A DNA stretch of 63,994 bases, filler included, from Reticulomyxa filosa (GCA_000512085.1; 18 parts of 18 records of this genome joined end to end with filler, not necessarily neighbours in it), one strand, 5' to 3'; positions 38,372 through 51,853 are shown, counted from the whole stretch's first letter. Translations and numbers: made by a program. Notes: generated from the letters alone by a model not told the origin.

Positions 38372-41330
38372 TCACTCAAGGCCGCTTAAGGGCGACAATG
38401 GCCATATCATCGGATTTACAGATACATTTCGCTGAACAACATTGATGACCTTGCATTTGCTTGGGGGACTGTACATACGCATCTGCCGTATATTGTCGTC
38501 GATTAACCGCAAATACAAATTCGATTCACAAATATATTCGCAATTGAGTGAGTACTTGGAAATTTTGGTAACAAGAACGATTCGGTTTGCTCTTTTGTCA
38601 TTCTGCCAAAGTTTCTCATCAATATATCTTTGGATACATCCTTTCATATTTCCACGCAATACTTCAAGTGTCGATATCCGAAAAAGTCAAATTTGAACGG
38701 AGAGCTGTCGTGATCTTTCATTATCGAATTGTACAAAGACACCATTTGTGGAATTTTTTCTATTAACGCGCAGCTCGCAGGAATCTCTTCACAACTCGAT
38801 ATTATTTCTTGTGCTGTTTGCCCAAAACCCTTTTGATTGGATTTTATTACTTAGTGTAACAAAACACTATCATTTTGGTGGCATCCAATTTCCAATCACT
38901 TATTATATTATTGTTATTTTTTCTAATATCAACCTTTCTTTATTCTTTTTTTACTCTTACAAGATCTTACACACAAACAATTTTTCTATCATCTTATTCC
39001 AACAATTGATGTAGAACAATGTTTGGATGCTCGGCCAGTCGTACATCGTCCAATATCAACACTACGCTTTTGTTCGCTTGTTCTTTGCTTTTATCTAGTG
39101 ATGTCTTATGTCGATCATCTTCAGACAGTCAATTTTTTTTTTAAAATGTTTTCATTTTCTCGTGTCATACACTATGTATACGAACAAAAAATCAATTTTC
39201 AATTGTTCCAATCTCTCGCAAAAGTGACAGTAATTTCACAGTCTTTAATCAGCATCCGTATATGTTGCAAGTGAACAATAGTAGGAGTATTTGTTGCCAA
39301 AGCAACAAATAAATTTTCTCGAAAAGCGAGATTGAACATAATTCCATGTGAGACTTCCAGTTTTCGGACGTAACGTCACTACTCTTGTTTTACCGTTTCT
39401 CGAATTCGATATGCTGCTGTGACTCTTCGACTGGCTTTTGCCGGATGGCGTTGTCATACATGAACGCTTGCTCAATATTTAACCGATAGTAGTATCATTG
39501 TGCCAATGCCAACGTTATGGACTTGATCACACTTTGATACGTGCAAAAAGCTTTTTTTTGTACATTTTAATTTTTTTCAAAACTGACTTAAAGACATAAA
39601 AAGTTTTTAGACAAAATTACCTTAAGAATTTTTGAAACTCAAAGATGCAATCAATAAAGGCAAATTTGCTTGTTTCCAATGTAATATTTGTTGATGTTTT
39701 GACTCTTTTCATTCTTTTCTGTAATTTCGGAAAGTGTTCAATGTACATATGACCACAATGTTTGCCGGAAATTCTCTTCACTTCAAACTATGATTACAAA
39801 ATAATTCTTTAAACTCACCAACGTCAGGACTTGTATTGATTCGTTCAAAAATAGCAAGTGAATCCTTCCCGGCCATTCTTCTGCACTCTTCAGATGTTGC
39901 TGCAAATCTTGTTGCAACTGTTACACTCCGTATCCGCCGTGCAAATCAATTGATGTAGTTTGCCACACCACTATATTTATTGTTGTCCAGGAACAGTCAC
40001 TTTTTCTGTTTAATCGTCGCGTCTTCGCAAAAAAAAATCACTTAAAAGAAAATATGTACGTACGCATTCGTTTTTAAGTATTTATTTATGTGTAATTAGT
40101 AAGTTGTTTTCTGTCTTTTTCGTAACTCAAATTCTCAACAATTTTTCTTTCTGTGCATCTCGATCTTCAGAGTAAATACATTGATACTGCAATAAAACTC
40201 TTTTTCGTTCCAGATCAGCTTCAAAATTGTACACTTTCCATACGTACTGGCGACAGCCAATTGCCAAAATGTTGCATCTTCACGCTTGCTGTTCAAGTTA
40301 ATCGACAGCAACGACAATGAGTGATTCATTTCCGTTTTTTGCTTGCTTCAGACGTCTTCTAGCGTTATCAATTCCATATGCAACCAGGTCTGATTAAAAA
40401 AAATGAATAAATATAATGTATACGTGTAAGAGTTATTATCATTGTTATTCTCAATAGTAAAAAGATTTATTGACTCACCGAATTGAGATTGGAATTTGAT
40501 TTAATAACACAATGAATGGATCAGTGGCACTCCATTCTTCGACCAAAAAAATTCCTCTGTGCTTTTTACCTCATATAAACTGTCTTCGAAATCGTGGTCT
40601 TTGCGTTCGATGTACATATCGCATGCGATGGTTGATAAAAAACAAAACACCTCTGGGAAGTATTGCCTTATCGATTCTTCCATTCTGGCACAGTTGATGT
40701 CTTCATTGTCTTGATTCCAATCTGGACTGTGATCATCCCTGTCTTCAATTCTCCTCTTTGCAAAGAGTCCAAATTGCTCTTTTTCATTTAAATTGAGGAT
40801 GTTCTTACACACTTGATTTGGATACAAGTGCTTGGCCTCATGAAGTTTCTCCAGCACTTCACACATGGAATTGCAAATTCATTGATGCTTTCTCCGAAAA
40901 AGTGGAACACATCAAACAATCTCGTTGGCTTGTGGGTCTTGCAGAGCTGGTTGTGCAATTCTACCAAAATCGTATGGTTTCTGCGAATCTTGGGCTTGTG
41001 CATGTATTTGGGAAATATGATTACAAATGCTTGTTGCAACAGTAGTGGCAGTAATTCTGGATGAGTCAAACAGTGTAAATGTATCAACAAGCTGCTATTG
41101 GCACGCAACGTATTGGAGTTTATTTCATCATACGAAGCCATCGTTTCGGATTGAAAATAAAGCAACTTCCGATAATTGGGGATCTCATAAAAGTTACTTT
41201 CATAGCATCTTGCGCCGCTTCCTGACAATGTTTATGTTTGTTAATCCCCCAACCATTCACAAACTGCTGTGTATAGTTTCACAATGCAAAACCGGTGATC
41301 ATCTGGAAGAATATCATAAAATAAAATGAT
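38372..41330 (-). pseudogene. RNF213/mysterin-like AAA+ core pseudogene, heavily deleted
   Basis: Motifs in RNF213 order across frames: LLIHL...NHTILVEL; IDLHGG (VKVHGG); LLFLNE/INTSPDVGEFKELFCNH...NIVVICTLNTFR (FFDEANTTEAISCIKEVLCDH...IIAACNPYR); IMFNLAFRENLF (IAKNLALKENVF); VLILDDVRLAE...VLHQLLE (VLDEVGLAE...LHPLLE); ISDWKLDATKM (ISNWALDPAKM); NRIVLVTK (SRYLLVLT). Confidence 0.8.
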
Positions 41331-41601
41331 TATTGTAAATCTGCATTGTTTCAAATAGAACGTTTCTGCACCTTTTATTTTTTTAAAAAGTGAAATGTTT
41401 GCACGTGTCCCAATCAGTATAAACTTTGGCTGGATAAAAAAGTTTTTTGTAATTGTGGCAGTTATGAATTGGAATTAAATCTTTCCACGAACTTGAAATA
41501 TGATTGTTTTATATGCTAGGACTCGATTTCTCCAGAAATGTTATGATTTATATGACGTATGAAAGAAAAACGAAGTATAATACTCGTTGTAAAAAAAAAG
41601 A

Positions 41602-42990
41602 ATGAAAAAAATATACAAAACTATTTCGAACACAGACCACCAAACAATCTTTTTACATATCAGCATGAATTGCACTTGTTTGCAAAAAGTAATATTAGGA
41701 AATATGACATATTCATCAGTGTCATCGTCCGTCCAAAACAGCAACGAACGCATATATAGTTGGTTTTCCACGATTGCGACCAAAACGCAGCCGACAACGA
41801 TGAAATTCCAAGCCAATGAAAAGGATAACCCCGACCATGAGTATAGAAAATGCGAACCGAATATGCTTCTCAACGATACCGATATTGGTAAAGGTATTGT
41901 TCGACTGTCCAAGGTCACTGCTGGATTTAATGAATTTTTTACATTTTTTTTTAAAAACAAAAAAGGAACTTTTTTATTTTAAAAAGGGTAGCCAAATCCA
42001 CGTAAACCTGACGAAGGCGATGGGCCAAGTCCCCAAAGACAATAAACAGTTGAAGACATTATACGATGATGCTGTTGACAACATACCGTTTGGAAGGGCG
42101 ATAATATTGTTCGTTTCAGTCGCTCGGTCGATATCTATCAGCCTTTTTCTAGTAGTCTATGGATATTCTGTTAACATACTCGTGCGAGTCACATGCATAC
42201 AGTTGTCACCGCCTCTGCATGTGCTGAGTCTTCTATTTCATCACAGTCCAAAGAGAAGGTCCGAAATGTCCACACCAGTTTCCATGATCGTACAGGTGCC
42301 GATGATTCATCAATCAAATAGCGACATGACATGGCCTCTCTGGACGACCGAGTGGTCATAAGGACTACACTCTTTCTCAAGATAATGAATAACTCACGCT
42401 TTCTGTTGATGATTTCGATTTATACTCCAGTACCAAGCCAACTCTATCCATAAGTTATATACATGTATATGCATATTCAAACGACCATCCAAAGCTTTTA
42501 TGTTAGCGAGAAGATGCCAAAGCAAAAGGATCGTTGCTGACGCTCTAGCACGCTCAAATAATAATAAAAACTCACGGGAACCACGATATCTCCGGTCAAT
42601 CGCAACAACAGTAACATCAATGTGTCAACGCACACGCAAATAATGGGAACAGCACACACAGCGTGAGCGTCGTCGACGATATGGCAAGCGCGACAACAGA
42701 CGCTACAATGTCGACGTCGAAGAAAGATTCTATTGTGGCATGATGATTATTACTTTCCACCGTCCAACATGGCAGACGTCGTGAAATTGCAGTACATGAC
42801 CGAAGTACAAGCCCAAATGATTCAAGACTTAGTTGACAACAATCGCAATCAATTGTCAGATAGCTGCCACATCATCGCTGGACGGCGGGAAGTGGTAAGA
42901 CCACAATGGCGCTTATCTTAGCTTTGTAGAATTTGTATTCTCACGAAAAACGTGTAAAAAGCAATTATCGAAGTCAGTCAAAGACGATAA
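41602..42990 (+). pseudogene. Disrupted P-loop NTPase (SF1 helicase/Schlafen-type-like) with unknown N-terminal region
   Basis: Restoring one base at about 42883 gives HIIAG[P/T]AGSGKTTMALILAL (Walker A), preceded by a Q-motif-like YMTEVQAQMI. Multiple stops and frameshifts. Confidence 0.55.
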
Positions 42991-44159
42991 GTTCGTACAT
43001 GCACATATATTGTCTTCCTTTAACACGAGTCGCTTTTGTCCAAACACAGCGACGAGAAGAGATAGGATTCTTCACATTATAATGATTTCAATTCTATTCA
43101 TCTATCTTTGCTTTTATTATTGTGCTGCAAACATCAAGAATTGACGTAATCGTCAACGTTTTGTACATATAGCAAATATATGCACGAATAATAATAATTA
43201 TGTACATGTAAATATGTATATATCGTTTTGTTTACATAAAATTAAAAGCCGTTAGAACGTGCTAATTGCGTTTGTAAATTTCGCGTGCATTCCTCAAGCC
43301 GAAAACGTGATTTTCCTGACCATCAGCGCCTTCAGAAAGGTTGCATTTGTTTGTTGGGACACTGGATAGCTCTGGTCCGGTACTGTTGGGGATCCTGGCG
43401 TCCAAAGATAAGTGTCGCAACATTTGCATAGTTTAATCATGTTGCAAACGGAAACATTATTTCTCGTGACGATCAAGCCTTTTTCAATATGCTTCAGCAC
43501 ATGTTATACTATGGACCCAGCTAAAGTTAAATAGTTTAAACAATGATGCTTATTATGAATTGAAAAAAGAGAGTTTCCACTCACAAACAAAACTACACTC
43601 ACACAAAAGCAAAAATATACAATGTCATTAAACAAGCAACATCAAATTTGCAAATCCAGCTTTTTTGCTTAACTGGAGATTGAAAAAATTTTCTATTATA
43701 ACATACCGTCACAGACAATACTCAAATCGCAAAAAGTAATGAGTGTAAAATAAAATCATCAAACAATAAAATAAAACTCGAACTCAACAAGTAATGCATA
43801 TTATTCAAAAACCATTTTTCAAATTTAATCACCAATTTATTAAAAATACCATTTAAAATAAAAAATATTTTCTAGTGTAATTTTTCATGGAGAATACGAA
43901 TATGAAAGAAAAAATCCATTTTGGAATATCTATCATCAACAAAAACGCGTTTTTTCATTAAGCTTATTTTTACATTGGGATAGGCTGCGTTAAAAAAAAA
44001 CATTNNNNNNNNNNNNNNNNNNNNNNNNNNNNNNNNNNNNNNNNNNNNTTAATTAATTAANNNNNNNNNNNNNNNNNNNNNNNNNNNNNNNNNNNNNNNN
44101 NNNNAAAGAAAGAAAGAGAATATAATGACTTTGAAACAGTATTGTTTTATTTTCTTTGT

Positions 44160-45866
44160 TTAATCTTGACTAAAATTTGTATTTCCGTATGCTTTCTTAA
44201 ATTCTTCTTTGTGTGTGTGAATAATATACTGCAAATATTTAACGATCTGTGCAAATGTAGGTCGAGTTTTGGGTTCGTATTCCCAACAACTATTAATTAA
44301 GTTGCGAAACTCATCAGGACAATCTTTGGGGATGGTGGGTCGAATGCCTTGCCTGACTTGTTTGACATAATTTCCAAGGCCAAGGCCTTTCAAAGTATTT
44401 TCCTCTTTCCCCCGACTATACATTTCCCAGAGCAATACACCATAGCTAAAGACATCCACTTTGCTGTCATACCCATAAGGTTGAGGTGGTTCGATCACTT
44501 CCGGTGCCATATATCCCAACGTTCCGATCTCTGTCATTGCCGATGTCAGTCTATCCACGTGCTTTGCAGTGCCAAAGTCAGTAACTTTTACTCGGAATTC
44601 TTCATCTAATAACAAACTGTGATTTTTATAAATTTAAATATAAATAAGTTTTGTTGTTGTGTTGCAAGCATAGCGCGTATCCACAATACGTACACATTAG
44701 CAAACACACGAATACGTATTTCTAAAAACAAACAAACACGTATACTACAACAACGCTACGTGAACAAAACTTGTGGCTCTTCAGATCTCTATGGATAATG
44801 TTTTGAGCATGTAAATATTCCATACCTCTGGCAACATCTAATGCCATCTATAAAGATATTGTCAATCACCAAAAAAAAAAAAAAAAAAAAAAAAAAGGAT
44901 AAGTTTATCTTCCTTTTCCCTTGCTATTTGCATTGTTTTCTCTCATTTTTTTTCCAAGGGTCAAAACTGTTAACACATCCAAGTACGAGATTTCAAACTC
45001 TTTGTCAGCCAAAACATCAAACAAGCATCCGCCAGGAAGCCATTCCAACAGCAAGAATAGTTCTTTGGTTTCTGTGTCAATGTGTGATCCCAATAACAAA
45101 GCAATGTTTGGATGCCTCAGTTGCCTGTAATAAAACTCACAACAACCTTTCCCAATCAACCAACATATGATGACACCTCGTTTTCGTACAGACAAATATA
45201 CAATGAACAAATAAGAAGAATCTAACAAAAACGAATAGAATTCTTTTTATTTACAAAAAAAAAAAACAAGAACTTGAGGACTCGCACTTCTTTATGAAAG
45301 TCTTTCATAATTTGCTCTGTCAGTCGACTGAAGCGGAACTCCTTCAGAGCCACAGTGACTTGTTCCTTATAAATAGCCTTATGAACGACAGCAGTTTTGC
45401 CTTGCCCAACTCGCTCTTGGATGATTTGCACATCTTCCAAGTCGATGTTATCTTCCTGGACATACTTTTCAGCGTTCATGTCCGGATAAGGAATCAATTC
45501 CACCGCATTGACGCGAAGGTCGTTGTGCAAACCATCGGACAACATCAAGAGTTTGGATTCGAGCGATTGCGGAGTATCCAAAGTATCGCTTTGCGACAGC
45601 GACAATGGCGTGTCCAAGTATTTCGGCGTAATGTCTTCGCTAGGTTGTATTTGGATCTCGGACAAATACGACCGCGCTTTGCGATGTTTCTTGTTGTGCG
45701 ACAATAAGTCCAAGTCTGGCAGTTCCAGAGTTACGTTTGGTAACGATGTCGGGGTCAGGTTCATTGGTAAAGGGGCTATGGGCAAAGGAGCTGGTATTTG
45801 TTGCGTTTTGTTTGTTTCCACTGGTGTCAATGTTATTGCCCTTATTATTTCTTCTTCTTCTTCTTC
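44160..45866 (-). CDS. TKL-group (MAP3K/Raf-like) protein kinase, 3' part, spliced
   Basis: VGQGKTAVV, VALKEF, FHKEVRVL, LRHPNI, ARGMEYLH..IIHRDLKSHN, KVTDFG, GTLGYMAPE, DVFSYG..LWE, CWEYEPKTRPTF. Confidence 0.95.
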
Positions 45867-45966
45867 NNNNNNNNNNNNNNNNNNNNNNNNNNNNNNNNNN
45901 NNNNNNNNNNTTAATTAATTAANNNNNNNNNNNNNNNNNNNNNNNNNNNNNNNNNNNNNNNNNNNN

Positions 45967-46006
<40 letters not shown>

Positions 46007-46076
46007 GGACATGTGTGTGTGTGTGTGTGTTTATTATACGTATACATATACACATATATACGTATATAAATAAACT

Positions 46077-46828
46077 CTTGGCTTTCTAGTGGTTGGATCA
46101 AAGGCGACGTCGTCCAACACTTGGACCTTTCCTTGAAACATGTCGTAAAGTATATGAAAGAATGGAACGGCATTTTTCCAATGCGAAGAGTCCCCACGGA
46201 AGACAAAGGCTTGCTTGTTGGGCTGTAACAAATTGTTGCTTTCCAACAAATCGATAAAGGTTGGCAACAACACGTCATTGTGCAAGTGAAAGGCATTGTC
46301 GATGCGACAAGGCGTGATCAGAAACGACACCACATTATCGTAACGTATGTCACATACCTTTTCAATGTCTGCATCTGACAACGCTTCGTCATTATATTCC
46401 AACTGCGTTTGCACGTCCGATCCTTTTGTTTCTTCTCCTTTACATATCGAATACTTTCGCACGTATCGGGTTGCATTTTGCAAATACGACGCTGGAAGTC
46501 CCCACGTTATTAATTCATTCCCTCTCATTCCCACATTGTGATATATCAAAAAGTGCTTGTGCCAATAGTCTGGTATCTCCATCTCACTTTGTCCTGTGAA
46601 TTCATGGAGCTTGGGCTGTTTTGTACTCCGTTCCTGCTCTAGTCTTTCAAAGTATTTTTCATCGCTTGCTAGACATTCGTCTTGCCGTCTTTTCTGCTCA
46701 AGAAACTTATCTGACAGCGTTGGACATTCCTGTCCCACTGCTATCATTACCATTTGGCTTGAAAGCCAACTCATACATATCATACAAAATAATGGCAAGA
46801 AAGAGGACATTATCTTCACTTGAGCCAT
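46077..46828 (-). CDS. Glycosyltransferase family 61 (EOGT/POMGNT2-like), first exon
   Basis: N-terminal signal anchor, stem, and IDNAFHLHNDVLLPTF matching the GT61 N-x-x-H-x-x-x-D-x-L-L-P motif. Truncated by contig end. Confidence 0.75.
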
Positions 46829-46988
46829 TTTTTTTTGTCCCTTTTGATTACTACTTTGTGACTGTTTAGTTATGAAAAATTAATATTTTAAAACGCTTGC
46901 TTTATTTCTAATTGTTTTGCTACTCGCTGCTTTGTTATCAAGAAATAAATCATTCAATTTTAAACGTCAAAAATAGAAACTGTAAGTA

Positions 46989-47935
46989 CAGTAGAACGCA
47001 AAATAAAGTTGACACATAAAACGGCATCTTATATATAATTGATTTCCTTCATAAAAAATAACATTCAGACCTAGTTTAAAAAAATATTTACAACTCGTGT
47101 ACTTTTTAAATATCATTTTGGTTTTTTATTACATATTTACTAATTATTTCAATATTTTATCCTTTATTTTTTTTTAGATCAATGTAGTTCGATATTTGAG
47201 TTTTTAAATTTTTTTTAAATTGCTAAATGATTGCACATTTTAACAAAAGACTTTGCTGTTGATCTGTTGACTCAGTGCTGGAGCTTGCGCAAAGCTACAA
47301 AAAAATTTCGTGTAAGTCATGAATTTGTGTAAATTGAAGATTTGTTCAATTATAAATACATCAAAAGTTGCATATATTTAAAATAAATCATATTTGATAA
47401 AATTCTCAAAAAGCATTAATTAATGTTTATAAGATTTTATCAAGATAATGCCACCAACACAGCAATTACAGTAAAATAATGTTTTGAACAAAATGCTATC
47501 AAAATATTGTATTTCACTACAAATTATCCAGACCTGAACTAAATCGAAAATATGTTGTGGATAGTGAAAATAAAAATATTAAAATATAATATTCATATCA
47601 AAAGAAGAACTTCCTGAACCAATTCGGATTAAAATGGAAAAAAATTGATAAAGAAATATGCACAAACTTAACAAAATAAATGACATAAAAATACAATCAG
47701 TATATAATGCAAAAAGTGATTTAACCAATTAGTAATTTTCATTAAAACAATCTTACAATAAAATATTAAATTTTTTAAACAATTATTTATTTAATAAAAA
47801 ATCAAAATTATATTTAAAAAGTACACAATTTGTAATATTTTTAAAAATTATGTCTGAATGTTGTCTTTTCATTAAGAAAATCAATTATCTATATAATTGC
47901 CGTTTTATGTGTCAACTTTATTTTGCGTTCTAATG
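46989..47935 (+). mobile_element. Non-autonomous, internally deleted Tc1/mariner DNA transposon with ~140-bp TIRs and TA target duplication
   Basis: Left TA|CAGTAGAACGCAAAATAAAGTTGACACATAAAACGGCA; right TGCCGTTTTATGTGTCAACTTTATTTTGCGTTCTAATG|TA. Internal remnants QDNA (47441) and PDLN*IENMLWIVK (47528) of the DD34E domain. Confidence 0.92.
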
Positions 47936-48583
47936 TACTTGTCAACTTATTGCACTTACTACAGATAACAACGTCATTAAGTTGTCATTAATCGATATTA
48001 GTTGCAGTGATTAATACATTGCGTGTGCAACAAATCAGTTTACTTGGCAATCATTATCAATATGATGTGATAAATATTCAATGAAAGGTCGTTGATATAA
48101 ACGAACAAATCTTCAGCTACATGTGTAAACATTTATCTACATATAAACACAAATATATTTAATTGTAGATTTAAATTGACAAATTTGAAAAAATATCAGC
48201 AACGAGATTAACAGATAAAACAAGATAACTATTGTTTGTTATAGCTGATATTTAATGACTTTTATTTGCTAATTGATTCATAAGCCAAAATATGTTATGC
48301 GAATTTGCGTCTTATATACTTAAGGCGAACACGTATAGTCGTACGCATTTTCATATGTAGTTATAGAAATATCTACATTGTTGTTTTTGTGCAAAGAAAT
48401 TTTGACAACTTAGATTTGCTCGTATGTTACATTACTTGTAGTTTCAATTTGAGGTTATGTTAAAAAAAGTGAAAGATAAGATCTCCATTAACTTCAACAT
48501 TTCTATAAACGAAAGAAAGAAAAAATGCTTCATTAGCTTTTGAACAACTACACTTGTTTTTTTTCTCACTATATAATGGATCT

Positions 48584-49070
48584 TCACCGAGATAAAAAAA
48601 TGGCCAATGGGAATAAGTCATATTTGGGGAATGATCTCTCGATTATTTCCAACTGTATTTCAAATTTCTGTTTTTTTTAAAAAAATAAAGCAAAAAATTT
48701 AAAACAAGACTATTGAATTGGGAGAGAGAAAAAAAAGGAGAGTCTGAAGTGGCAAGCATAGTTAAGTAAACGGTAAGATGGATCGAAACAGGGATGATTA
48801 GTCAGAGCATGAATTGGAGAAAATATAGTGTAGCGTATGGCTACTATATTTCAACGGAAGGATTGAGTATTGAAACAAGAAATGCTTCTTGCACAAAGGG
48901 TTCTTGTGGGTCCTTTGTTTTGTTTTGCAAAGCAAGTGGCCGTATTTGAAAAGACACTTCCATGCCAGCAAACCATTTGAAAGGCTGCTCATTCCATTTT
49001 TTGAATTCGAAACAATATTATTTTTATAAAAAAGGATTTGGCGATACCTTTGTCCAGGAGGTGCCTTAAC
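48584..49070 (-). CDS. 3' exons of a hypothetical protein
   Basis: Spliceable segments FKWFAGMEVSFQIRP and KFEIQLEIIERSFPKYDLFPLAIFLSR*. Family not recognised. Confidence 0.3.
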
Positions 49071-49188
49071 CTTTTTTTTTTTTTTTCCNNNNNNNNNNNN
49101 NNNNNNNNNNNNNNNNNNNNNNNNNNNNNNNNTTAATTAATTAANNNNNNNNNNNNNNNNNNNNNNNNNNNNNNNNNNNNNNNNNNNN

Positions 49189-49222
<34 letters not shown>

Positions 49223-49299
49223 GTTACATTTATTTTGTTAACAGACTCAAGTCCAACAATAACAATAACAATAACAAAAAAAAAACGATAGTTGTTACA

Positions 49300-49990
49300 A
49301 AATTAACTTCCAATCGTTTTTCTTTGACTGCAGTGATGTATTTGACCACTTCTTCCAAATATGGTGAACCTTGACTACGCTCTTCCTGTTTTGGTTTTGG
49401 TTTTAATTTGCTTTGATCTTTTGTGCACACATTTTGCAATTGTTTTATTAAGCTCAAAGCTCTTCTTCTTTTCAAATCGAATTTTACAAACGAACAGAAC
49501 ACAACAAAGGGAGTGCGTATATGTCCTTTCAAACTGTCTCATTATAGTTCTGGCCCAAGTAAAACTTCAATACAATCAACTCGTCTTCCAAATTCTGTAA
49601 TACGAAAAAAAAAAGTGTTTTTGCACCCAATCAAAAAACTGTTGGTTGGAAAGTATTCAAAAAAAAAGAATTACAAACAATAGAGCGAAACATTTGGTTG
49701 CTTCTCTTTGCTTGATTCAATTGCCTTATTCCACGAGGCTATTGACTTCAATATCAATTCACGTGCTTCATAACGATATTTGTAAGGTTCCGTTTCTGGT
49801 GCTTCTTTCTTATCCAAATGCTCAATGTTCTGAGCATTATTAAAAAAAAGAAAACAAACATTATTTTGATTTTTTATGCCTTGTCTTCCAAAGACAAACC
49901 ACGTCGTAATGTGGAAAACACTTTGATGTTCATTCTTTTTTATGTCATTGTAACTTGTATGAGCCCAGCCTATTTCAAATGTTTTTCATC
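49300..49990 (-). CDS. KIFBP: KIF-binding protein (KBP/KIF1BP) homologue, 5' part
   Basis: PETEPYKYRYEARELI (human PEKEPYKSKYSARALL) and spliced LKFYLGQNYNET|EERSQGSPYL (human IEFHLGVNHIDTEELSAGEEHL). Start uncertain. Confidence 0.75.
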
Positions 49991-50702
49991 CACATCAACT
50001 TCCTCAACATGGCTCTTTTTACGACTGTGCTTAAAGAAACAAAGTATAATAAAATTTTACAAAGTTTTGTGACATCGTTTATGTGATGGCGTGCGATAAG
50101 ATTGTTGATGATTAAAAAAAATTGACTATTATCGATCCCCACAACTCATGGAAATCATCATCAAAAAGACTTTTTCTTTACACATATACGTCCTTCACAA
50201 AGCGCTTTATTCTCTGCCCGCTCGGTTTACCAATGCACTGCAGGCCGATATTTCCCAAAACGGGTAATTACATGATGCACAGTACAAGTGAATACATATT
50301 AATTGTTAATTAGTTTATTAAAAAAAAGAAACTTTTTTGTAATGAGGCCAACAAAAATATACCGAGATGAAGCCGCTGCCATTCGAAATAAAGTAATGCA
50401 GCTACTCAGATCTTGTTAAGAATATCATAAAGTTTGACTTTTTCTTGGACAGTGGCAATGATAGCAAAAATTAATTTTTTGACTTAGTCTAATGTTAATT
50501 TTTTGAAGAACTGTCGAGAGTATCTTTTAAGAAAATTAAAAAATCACAACACTTGAAACAAAAAAGCGAAAAATTGGATCGGGAGCACAAACAGAAGACT
50601 TGCATTTGCACAGCACATGTGTTCGCGTTATGCATTGTTTACCAACAAATAGTTATAAACGACGAAATTAGTTTTGAGTATTGTAAACTTAATAAGCTAA
50701 GA

Positions 50703-51821
50703 CTAATCTCTAACAACGACTTCAATGAAAGTGTTCTTGACGGGATCACCACGTCGAGACAAAGAAGGCCACACACAATACAAAATCAATTGACTTTTAT
50801 TTTCACTACCAAAGGACTTTTTATGGATATTTTCATTAAACCGTACGCGTTCTTCGCCCTTGTTGACAATTGTGAACAATTTGGGGAAAAGTTCCAATTC
50901 TGGTACTTGCAAAATCGCACACCAACTCCACTTTTTCGCATTTTCGATAAATTGTGCAATAATTTCGGACACATTTCTATTTTTTATTTTTTGCTCTTTG
51001 TCAATACGAATTACAATCTTGATCCCGTCTTTCCTTTGTAACATCGTCAAGAAAAAAAAAACAAACAAAGCAAAACAAAGGAAGTTGAGAGGATTGGCCA
51101 TTGCGACTGTTTGCTTGTATCCAATTTTGTAAAGTCAGTTGACATTGGTTTGGGCCTTCCAACTTGGTTTGGTAATAATGGAACAGTTCTGTGTAATATT
51201 GCCTCAAATAAGAGCGACACATGTATTGGGTCAACTCTTTCTGCGTTTGCACTTGCCTTTGTTCCACGTATTGGTCGTGCTTTTCATCGCTATGTGTATT
51301 CGTGATAGCACTAGCAGTCGAGACAATATATGATATCCCTAAAATATCGGCGACGGTATTGTAGATTGTTGTTCTGTATCGATGAACGGTATCATATGCC
51401 GCATGTAACAGATCGAATAACAATTCGTGGCACTTTTGAAGTCGCTCCAACTTTGTCCATCGTTTCTGTTCGGTTTCGAGCCATTTCATTACCGCCAATT
51501 GCGCCTTTTGATTATTGTTATTATTTGCTTTTTTTTTTTTTTTTTTCCTTTTATTCACACTGTTTTGACTGTTCTCTCTCCACTAACCTCTTTGTGGTGT
51601 TCATGGCGAATGCTCGCAAACTCTTCGATGGACTCCGCGATAGATGGAAATTTGGAGCGAGTGGTGCGCATCAGCATGCATCCGAAAGTATCTTATGCAG
51701 TGTGTTGGATAAGGATTGCTTTTCAATATTTCGATTTCCTTTTCCAATACTTGTCTTTGTCTTTTTTTTAAATTGCATTGTCACATATATATACACACAC
51801 ACATACAGCCCAATCAAAACC

Positions 51822-51853
<32 letters not shown>

